Source of the DNA: Octopus bimaculoides
Lineage: Eukaryota
DNA: 43,510 nucleotides
Assembly (NCBI RefSeq): GCF_001194135.2
Contig: NC_068981.1
Coordinates: forward strand, 88,124,002-88,167,511
Direction: 5' to 3'
In this document: positions 32,873-42,244 of the stretch, in pieces
Layout: every line of letters starts with the position of its first letter
How positions within the stretch are numbered: the stretch's first letter is position 1
Translations under genes and position numbers: made by a program
Notes under the pieces: model-generated
Database searches by the model: none
Told to the model about the DNA's origin: nothing
Seen by the model: only the letters and a program-made list of their open reading frames with translations

Positions 32873-34083
32873 CCTACTTTAGGCAAGTGTCTTCTATAGT
32901 TCCAGACCAAGCAATGCCTTGTGAGTGAATTTGGTAGATGGAAATTGTGTGGAAGTCTATAATGTCTGTGTGTGTGTGTTTGTCCATTTCCCCCATTGCT
33001 TTGACAGCTGGTGTTGGTTTGTTTACATCATCATCTGAAAGTTTCCATCTTTTGCTTTCTCTTGTTTTGCATTTATGCATAGATACATATTTTGTATTTG
33101 ATGTATTTAGCATATTTTATATATCTGATGTGTCTGATTTGCTTATCCCAATAATTGCTTCTGTGTGTGTGTGTGTGTGTGTGTGTTTGTGTGTGTATGT
33201 ACATTTGTTTATATCTTTATCTGTCTGTCTATCTGTGTGTGTGTGTGTGTGTGTGTGCGCTTGTGCATGTGTGTGTGAATATTGACATCACGATTGGTTA
33301 CCCTATGCTTTCAATGACTAGTGGTATAAAAAAAATCTCTTCATTGAAAAACAGTTAAGGGTTGACCACAGAAAAAAGCATTCAATCATATGCCTCAAAT
33401 AGTTCCCTGAAAAGAGAAAGAAAAAATTATATGAATGAATGAACAGATAATATCAGTTTAGAAAAAGCATTCTATAAAATAATTCTAATTTTTAATTATT
33501 TCTCTTTTTTTTTTGGACTGGAATCAAAAATCAAGTAATGTGTTAAAAGATGTCAGGTCAATAAGCTTCTTCTTTTCTTCTGTTTCTCTCTCCTTTTGTT
33601 GGTCATTATCTCTTTATAACTTAATTCTCAAACATCTGAGTCTGAGCCTGTTGTCTGGCTTTGGTGAGGTGTTCTAGATAAAGGTGAAAGTGTTCAGGTC
33701 AGACTTCCTCTTTCCGTTCGTAATAATAACCGATAATGTTGTGATTGCCACTTGCTTAGAAATATGTTTTGAAAATTATAGAGGCGGAAGGAGGCATAAA
33801 ATAAGTATTTCATTGTCATCGTCGTCATCATCATCATCATCATCATCCCCATCATCATTTTATAGTTTTTCTTCTAATTTGGAATGGGTTGAATGGGGAC
33901 TCGCAACATCTCACCACTTGTTATTGTCTTTCTTGTTATTGGATACATTCAACAACAAAAATAATAGTCAACCTCATATGTTCTCATATGTTGTTCATTG
34001 CACATATCAGGTCTGCAAGGTTGCACTGGTGTAGAGGAAGCATAGAGGTTCACGAATTTGAAAGCAGTTGGTGCGTGAAGTGC

Positions 34084-34320
34084 CTACAACACCTCTCTGT
34101 AGACCATATTTTTTGTTTTGCCATTAGAGGCAAGTACGAATAGATTTTGTTTGCTTCCAACTCTGGAGTATCCGACATATAACTGGCCAGGAGAGAAACA
34201 TGGCTCGCCCTCCTCCTTTTGGCAGCCAAAGCAGGATTTGTTTTACAACCAAGGCATGTTCTTTTCTTAGGTGGTATGGCAGTAGTATTGGACTATGTTT
34301 AAATTGCAAGTTTTTAAAAT
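34084..34320 (-). pseudogene. Second Helitron helicase C-terminal remnant
   Basis: EPCFSPGQLYVGYSRVGSKQNLFVLASNGKTKNMVYREVL* (34084-34210). Upstream NLQFKHSPILL...LVVKQI loosely resembles LQLKVGxPIxLLRN...LVVK. Confidence 0.8.
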
Positions 34321-34672
34321 GGGCAAGTTTAAAGTCACTAATAATTAGTCTATGCTGGGGGCTCATTTTTCACCAGGGAGGGTCTTTGTATTTAAGAGCA
34401 ACCATGCATCCTGCTGTCTGGTGAGAATGAAATCAATCTGGCTAGCAGAGTCACCTGATTGATAGGTTATCAGGTGGTTAGCTGGCTTCCTGAAGTTGGT
34501 GTTGCAGATCACTAGGTTATTTGCATTCCAGACCTCCAGGAACCTAGTTCCCTCTTCATTTCTGGAACCAACACCATGGCCCCCATGTACACCATGGAAA
34601 ATTCCAGGTTACTGTCTGACATGCCCATTAAAATCTCCAGCCACAAAGATCATTGTCACTCATCTTGTCACT
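34321..34672 (-). pseudogene. RTE-clade LINE APE endonuclease remnant
   Basis: VAGDFNGHV...GSRNEEGTRFLEVWNANNLVICNTNFRKPANHLITYQSGDSASQIDFILTR...PQHRLIISDF, containing the GDFN, IDF and SDH/QH-type motifs. Confidence 0.9.
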
Positions 34673-34705
34673 ATTTCAAAGGGGACTGTTGAGATGAGAT
34701 CTGAC

Positions 34706-35000
34706 CAAACTACTTTCCAAATTTTTTTTTAAAAACTTAACCACAGGGTCTTTGGGCTAAATTTGACAGTTTGCATGAAAGGAGCTGTCTTAAGGTTGTG
34801 GTGGAAACTGAGGGTGGCTACTTTGGGTAAATTCTTATCTCACTGCCATAACCTAGTTGATATTTTTTGATTTTTTAAAATACTTTTATTTTTGGACGGG
34901 ATATTGTGTTTTCTTTTCCTTTTATGCAAACTGTCAAATTTAGCCCAAACACCTTGTAAGTTAAGTTAAAAAAAAAACAAAAACTTTGGAAAGTAGTTTG
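34706..35000. mobile_element. 295-bp foldback element with about 80-bp arms, flanked by 32-bp direct repeats
   Basis: CAAACTACTTTCCAAA...GGGCTAAATTTGACAGTTTGCATGAAAGGA (34706-34783) is the inverse of 34917-35000. Direct repeats TTTCAAAG(G/A)GGACTGTTGAGATGAGATCTGAC at 34674-34705 and 35001-35032. Confidence 0.85.
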
Positions 35001-35799
35001 TTTCAAAGAGGACTGTTGAGATGAGATCTGACCAATGACAAGATGAGGAAATGTTGAATTACAAGAATTTCAAATCCTAGCTTAAATGATAATATATGAT
35101 AACATATGGTCAAAAAAATGGTTATCAAAATATTAATGATAATCTTAGTAGTTTTTTAGTGGAGATTTTCAAAGGATTTAGGAATCCCTTAAAAAGATAC
35201 ACAAAGAAAATAAATTGATTAGACATGGTTTTCAACAGCCAACAGGTGTGTGCGTGTGTGTGTGTGTATGTGTTTTTGTTTGTGTGTTTGTTGCTGGTTG
35301 GCATTCATCACTCTGAACTCATCTTGCTTGAAGAAATCTATACTCTCAGCCCGCCTACTTATGGAACGCTGTAAAAATCAAACAATTTAACTGAAACCAT
35401 CTTACAGTCATCAATCCATTTAGCTGGTAATTGAAAAGTGCATTAGCTAAAAGGGAGATGTGCATGGAGTCGCTCAGGGGATTAACACACACACACAAAA
35501 AAATAACAGAGTGGAAGAAAAAGACTGAAGTGAGAGACAGAGGTGGGGGAGGGTCGATGGAAAGAGAGAGAGAGAGAGAGATAATATATTCTTCCATTCT
35601 CACTATGAAACAGGATTCCCCGATGTGTCATAGACTAAGACATCTGATAGTTACTCTACTTGGCTTCATTTAAAAGCAGTTGTTTTTCTTTCTAAATACA
35701 CTTTCCAACCAACCTCACGTAGAATTTCCTAAGATGATTGGTTTATGGTGTGCATCAGTTTTAGATATTTAAGCAATCAATACTGCCAGCATGCATGCA

Positions 35800-35962
35800 T
35801 ACACACACACACACACCTGTGTGTGTGTATATATATATATAAATTTACACACACACACACACACACACTATGCCTACATATATATAAAATTATAAAGTCA
35901 TTGGTTGGGAAGTGAACTTCTCAAGCACACAGTCATTCCCATACCTACTAAATTTAAATTAG

Positions 35963-36011
<49 letters not shown>

Positions 36012-36141
36012 ATATATATATATATATATACATTCATACACACACACATATATATTATACACATACACACACACATCTATATATATATACACATATATAA
36101 ACACACACACATATATAATATACATGTGTGTATATATATAT
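35800..36141. repeat. Compound (CA/TG/TA)n microsatellite region with a Family B head fragment (35890-35935), leading into a gap
   Basis: Directly visible. Confidence 0.85.
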
Positions 36142-36455
36142 NNNNNNNNNNNNNNNNNNNNNNNNNNNNNNNNNNNNNNNNNNNNNNNNNNNNNNNNNNN
36201 NNNNNNNNNNNNNNNNNNNNNNNNNNNNNNNNNNNNNNNNNNNNNNNNNNNNNNNNNNNNNNNNNNNNNNNNNNNNNNNNNNNNNNNNNNNNNNNNNNNN
36301 NNNNNNNNNNNNNNNNNNNNNNNNNNNNNNNNNNNNNNNNNNNNNNNNNNNNNNNNNNNNNNNNNNNNNNNNNNNNNNNNNNNNNNNNNNNNNNNNNNNN
36401 NNNNNNNNNNNNNNNNNNNNNNNNNNNNNNNNNNNNNNNNNNNNNNNNNNNNNNN

Positions 36456-36924
36456 GACATACTTTAATTCCCAAAGGCAAATTCACTGCAGTTACAATGG
36501 AGAAAAATCCTCTCTTATGGTAAAAAGTGAAAAAAGCACCATATCTGCCCAGTGCTTCCCCCTATTGGATTCTCAGATGCATATTTCTGGCTCTTTAGCC
36601 TTTCTCAATGGGAAATACTGAAGGAGAGATAACACTGGCCAGATTCAAAGCTGTAGCTTTAATTAGAAATCACTCAACATCAGTGACTGAGTTGTGCTAT
36701 TGGACCACTTGGATGGGATAAATACAGCAGGATTAGCACAAAGCAGTGATTAGGAATAAATGCACTTTAGGTTAGTTAAAATATGTTTGTGACGTATTTT
36801 AACTTCTAAAGGCAAATTCATTGCAGTTACAGTTGAGAAAAAATTCTCTTTTATAGGAAAAAGTGTAAAACCAAATGTCTGTCCAGTGCTTCCTCCCAAT
36901 AGATTCCCAGAAACATGTTTCTGA
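36456..36924 (+). repeat. Diverged direct repeat of about 135 bp, period about 335 bp
   Basis: AAAGGCAAATTCACTGCAGTTACAATGGAGAAAAATCCTCT...CCAGTGCTTCC versus AAAGGCAAATTCATTGCAGTTACAGTTGAGAAAAATTCTCT...CCAGTGCTTCC. Confidence 0.8.
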
Positions 36925-38503
36925 TACTGATATACGAGGGGTTACTTATACTCAGAGTTACTTATTTCTGGAAATGAGTAACTCTGAGTGCTGGAAATCA
37001 GAGCCTTTCAGTTGTAACGTATTATGTATGGAAATGAATAAATGAATGAATGTATGTGTGTGTATGTATGTATGTATGTATGTATGTAGTCATTCATTAT
37101 ATTATTTTCATCATTATTCATAATCTTTACTAACACATACACACACACATGTTTGTATGTGTGTGTGTGTGTGTGTGTGTTAATAAAGATTATGAATAAT
37201 GATGAAAATAACATAATGCATCAATATTTCAGGTTCTTAACTATGGAGTGAATAGGCACAGCACAATTTATTTAACTCTCAAGAATAAGGCAACTCCAAA
37301 CTCTGATGCAATACAAGAATTAGGTGCAAATATGTCAAATGATGCATCTTTCATCAGACACATTATCGCACTAACCTCTGAATGCAAACATCTCACAGGA
37401 TTGATCCTGCAAATATTCTTTGCAAGAGAACCAATGTTTTTGTTGACTTTATGGAAAACCTGATCTTTGAGTAGATTAGATTTCTGTTCACAGCTTTGGT
37501 CCATAAATACACCTTAGGGTTATATAAGAAATTTGGGAGTTACAAATATTGTTTATTAATAAAATAACTTCAGTTAAAATCCCTAATTACTGTGAATATC
37601 TTTTAAGTTCTATATTTCTATTCTGTTGAATGATGGCAGAGAAAGATATATATATATATATATATATATTTTTTTATATGGAAGGGCTTGATGTAAATTC
37701 CAGAATTAAAGAAAACATTAATACACAAACCTGTGTATACTGTCAGCTTCTACATATATCATCTTTTCAGTCAAAAATAAGGATACCCTACTGTAACAGT
37801 CTGATATTTAGATGACCTCATCTAAAGAAATCACAGATATAAAAGTGGGTGACCTCTGCAGGAACATTAAAGAAAAACTTCTAAGTAGAATACCAGAGCA
37901 GCCAACTCTAATAAGGTTAAATTCAGGTTAGACCAACTGCTACAAACTCAATTATTGATCAACTTCCAACCGTTAAAAAATGCAAGGAAGCTGAAAAAAA
38001 CAAAAAAGACAAAAGCAGTAACCTGCTTCCTGAAAAGTAAGCTTGAGTACATGGCCACAGTCCAGTGGCTGTAACCAGTAAAAAAATTAAAAGAAAGAAT
38101 AAAAGGATGTGTGTGTGTACAGTGAATGAGGGAAATGGAAAATGGAGTTTGCAAGAATCCTTATGCAGCACAACAGTTGTTTTGACTCATCTTGCATCTG
38201 TCCCATGAGGGTGGGATACTATATAACTGGTTGTGTTGTATCCACCTGTACAGAATGCATCTCATCTGGTGTCTTATTTTAAATAAGATACTTTGCTAAA
38301 TATACTCAGCTTTGATTGGAATGTTGTTGTGACCAGTAGGTTGTTGCCTATAATAGACTCAGTGAACATTGTGGATTTGCTGAAGTGGATCCAGTGACAC
38401 ATATCAAAACTGTGGATGACATCAGGCAGCCTAAACAGGGAAATTGCTCTAATCAGCATACTACTAACCATATACCGAAGGTCCAAATAATTACTGATAT
38501 AGA

Positions 38504-38535
<32 letters not shown>

Positions 38536-38584
38536 CGTGCGTGCATGTGTGTGTGTGTATGTGCATGCATGCGTGTGAGACATG

Positions 38585-38729
38585 ATGTGATTGAGAAGTT
38601 TGCTTTACTATCACATGGTTTCTGGTTCAGTCCTACTGTGTGGCACCTAGAAAAAGTATCTTCTACACTGCTGGATTGACCAAAGCCATGTGAGTGCATT
38701 CGGCAGATAGAAACTGAAAGAAGCCTGTT

Positions 38730-38780
<51 letters not shown>
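38585..38780 (+). mobile_element. Family B SINE, 5' part with a (TG)n
   Basis: GGTTCAGTCCTACTGTG...GAAACTGAAAGAAGCC, then (TG)n. Confidence 0.75.
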
Positions 38781-38783
<3 letters not shown>

Positions 38784-39269
38784 ATATGTTTATATATGTG
38801 TGTCTCCTTGTTATCCTCTGATTGTTGTAAATGAGTGTCATTCATCTCCAATATTTTGTGGAAACATGTCTGGGCATGAGGGAAATCTCACCTTGCTTGA
38901 AAACAGGTGAGGGTTGGTGACAGGAAGAGCATCTAGACATAGAATATCTGCAAGCATGGAAAAAAATAGACATGAAAGCAATGATGATAATGATGATGTC
39001 TATGATATATATATAGAAAGATATCTCAAAACTAAATCAACCCCAGTACTAATGAGTCTGGTATTTATTCTTTTGGTCTCTTTTCTTGAACTGCCAATTC
39101 ATAGGGATATAAACAAACCTGCACCAATTCATAGGGATATAAACAAACCTGCACCAGTTGTGAACAAACACAAACACACTCATATATATGTATATATATA
39201 TATTATCTTGTCTGTCTAGCTATCTATATAATCTGTATAATCTATATAATCTATACACACACACACAGT

Positions 39270-39592
39270 GAAGGTGTGATGTTGCTTAGTGGTTAGGGTA
39301 TTTGGCTTGCAATCGTAAGGTCATGAGTTCAATTCCTGGTGACGTATTGTGTCCTTGACCAAGACATTTTATTTCACATTGCTCCAGTCCACTCAGCTAG
39401 CAAAAATGAGTTGTACCAGTAATTCAAAGGCCCAGCCTTGTCACATTCTGTGTCATGCTGAATCTCCCTGAGAACTACGTTAAGGGTACATGTATCTGTG
39501 GATTGCTCAGCTACTTGCACGTTCGTTTCATGGGCTGGCTGTTCTGTTGATTGGATCAACTGAAACCCTCATTGTTGTAACTGATGGAGTGC

Positions 39593-39598
<6 letters not shown>
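39270..39598 (+). mobile_element. Family D (CORE-like) tRNA-derived SINE, near full-length
   Basis: TTGCTTAGTGGTTAGG (A-box), GAGTTCAATTCCT (B-box), TTGTGTCCTTGACCAAGACATTTTATTTCACATTGCTCCAGTCCACTCAGC (CORE-like domain). Confidence 0.8.
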
Positions 39599-39624
<26 letters not shown>

Positions 39625-39637
39625 CTGGAATTTTCAA

Positions 39638-39711
39638 TGGCCGGATAACTGAAGAGATGTTGGCTTGGGTTCCCACCCCGGCATCCAAAACTCGGAGTTT
39701 TATCATGGCTA
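39638..39711 (+). ncRNA. Decayed type-I minimal hammerhead ribozyme, probably from a Penelope-like element pseudo-LTR
   Basis: Stem I TGGCCGGATAA/TTATCATGGCTA; core CTGAAGA (39649-39655); stem II GATGTTGG/CCGGCATC; (G>A)AAA; short stem III ACT-CGG-AGT; GUU cleavage triplet ending at 39699. Confidence 0.6.
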
Positions 39712-40031
39712 CCGAATAAGTGTTACATATTTTTACAGATAAATTCCTCTATTTACATAATATTGAGGTCTCTTTCTTTCTTTTGTTGTCCTTTCTATCA
39801 ATATATATATATATATATATGACACATTAACCATGTGGTTTCTGTTTATCAAATTCATCCACAAGGTATTGGTAGGCCTGGGACTATAATAGAAGGTACT
39901 TGCCTAAGATGCTGCACATTGGGTCTGAACCTGAAACCACAGCCATACCTATATGTATAAAAGAAAAAAACAAACAAACAGACAATATTTTTCTCTTTTC
40001 TGTACGGTCTTCTATATTCAGAAAAGAATAT

Positions 40032-40405
40032 TTACCTTTTACTTGTTTCAGTCATTAGACTGCAGCCATGCTGGGGCACCACCTTGAAGAATTTTTAGTC
40101 AAATGTATTAACCCTAACACTTATTTTTTAAAGTCAGGTACTTATCTTATTGGTGTCTTTTGCCAAACCGTTAAGTTACAGTGACGTAAACACCCCAACA
40201 CTGGTTGTCAAGTGGTGGCAGTGGGACAAACACATAGATATATACGACAGGCTTCTTTAAGCTTCTGTCTATCAACTCCACTCACAAGGCTTTGGTTGGC
40301 CTGAGGCTATAGTAGAAGACACTTGCCCAAGATGCCATGCAGTGAGACTGGACTGTGAACCATGTGGTTGAGAAGCAAGCTTCTTATTACACAGCCATGC
40401 CTGTA
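40032..40405 (-). mobile_element. Family B SINE, near full-length
   Basis: Standard motifs. A further partial copy lies at 39820-39950. Confidence 0.85.
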
Positions 40406-41404
40406 CCTATTTGTTGAAAAGATGGAAACTGAAATTGAACTTATCAAGTTGGAAGTTGTTACGTCAGCTGTGTAAGACAAATAGATAAATGTGAATCAAA
40501 TAATCAACTATTATTGTAAAGGCATCTGCTAATAATTATATATTGTATAGAAGTATATTTGTCTTTTTCTTCCATTAATAATACACAGTTACCCCTTGAA
40601 CCTAAACATTTGCTCCCTTAACTTTTCACAGTTTTGTTACCAATACCAGCTCTTCTACACATCCATTGAATACATATATACTTTCCCTAGCCCACAGGAA
40701 ACTAGTAATAGCACTTCTCCATCACATCTGACAATAACCATCATAGTTGAATAGTAGGAAGAAGGTTGAAGCTTTGAAAATATAAACAAGTAAATAAATA
40801 ATAATGGCTTCTCTCACTCTTTCACTCAAAGATTCATTCCACCTCCTCTTTTCTGTCCATGTTGTTATGTTATTACCATAATTTCATGTGTTGTTTGAAA
40901 GAAAAGAATATCCTAATTTGATTGGTTGTCAACTTCTTAATAATGATAAGCAAAAGGAGCCAGCACAGTGTTTTATTTCAAGATTATTTTGACCAGTTAA
41001 GTGGATATAGCTGCTGTTGGTGGAATCGGGTGTAGGTAGTAGGGATGTGGTGGTTGTGGTTGTGGTTGTGGTTGTGGTGGTGTTTAAGGGCATCTGTAAT
41101 TATTAACTCTGCCTTCTGATTGATAGCATTATTTTAAAGGTTTCCTTGCCTCCTTGTCACTTTGCCATTACTAACAGAGAAGTGAGGTTAAATGTAATTC
41201 TGACCAGCACATTTCCCTTAATATGACCTTCTTCAATGATCTCCTCTCCCTTTCCCCACTGCCATTCTGACTTCATCCATCATCACTCTTGATGAAAAGC
41301 AGATATACTTAACCAATAAGGGAGCCACAATGCAGGGTCACTTGACCTGCCCTTGCTCAAAAGAGCAACCAAGTTTTCTTCAAAACACACTAAACTGTGG
41401 TCTA

Positions 41405-41610
41405 TTCATTCTCTTTTATTCTTTTACTTGTTTCAGTCATTTGACTGTGGCCATGCTGGAGCACTGCCTTAAAGGGTTTTAGTTGAAGAAATTGACCCCA
41501 GGACTTATTCTTTGTAAGCCTAGTACTTATTCTATTGGGTCCTTTTTGCTGAACTACTAAGTTATGGGGACATAAGCACACCAGCATCAGTTGTCAATCA
41601 ATGACTAAAA
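41405..41610 (-). mobile_element. Family B SINE, 3' half
   Basis: TCTCTTTTATTCTTTTACTTGTTTCAGTCATTTGACTGTGGCCATGCTGGAGCAC...GGGGACATAAGCACACCAGC. Confidence 0.85.
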
Positions 41611-41931
41611 ATTCTTCAAGGTGGTATCCCAGCATGGCTGCAATCAAATGATTGAAACAAGTAATAACTTGTAAAAGATGAAAGTAATGCTAATGGAAAA
41701 TGATGTCCTATAGGACTTGAAAAGGAAAGTATAGAGATAGAAAGATAGAGAAAAAAAAAGGGTAGAAGGATGGAAGAAATAGAAAGAAAGATAGAACGAA
41801 ACGTGGAAAAATAAGACAAATCCAGGGTGAAGACAAGAGCCCAGGAGAACCATGACTGAACATGTCAATGGTCAAGCATGAAAAGGAAAGTTGAAAGGAG
41901 AACTGGGATGGTCATGTTGTACCAAAAAGGG

Positions 41932-41965
<34 letters not shown>

Positions 41966-42079
41966 CAGGACAGAGAAAAAGGGTGAGGAAGAGATGGAAG
42001 CAAAGTAAAGGGAGAAAGGGGCAGACATAAAGACATGCTATCTTTGTGTGTGTGAGTATTTTCCAGTATTCTACTAGGA

Positions 42080-42216
42080 CATGTCTGGCCACAGGGAAAT
42101 ATTTACCTTTATTACCTTGCTTAGAAACAGGTGAGGGTTGGTGACAGGAAGGGCATCCAGGTGTAGTAAATCTGCCTCAATAAACTCTCTCTGACCCATG
42201 CCAGCATGGAAAAGTG
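42080..42216 (+). mobile_element. Family C variant 3' end (also at 21905-22150 and 38835-38995)
   Basis: CTTGCTTAGAAACAGGTGAGGGTTGGTGACAGGAAGGGCATCCAGG...GACCCATGCCAGCATGGAAAAGTG. Confidence 0.75.
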
Positions 42217-42244
42217 NNNNNNNNNNTGTGTGTACATATATATA

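Noticed and set aside
37807-37826. 20-bp palindrome TTTAGATGACCTCATCTAAA (CRE/nuclear-receptor-like)
   Set aside because: Too short to distinguish from chance without conservation data; it overlaps a candidate acceptor.
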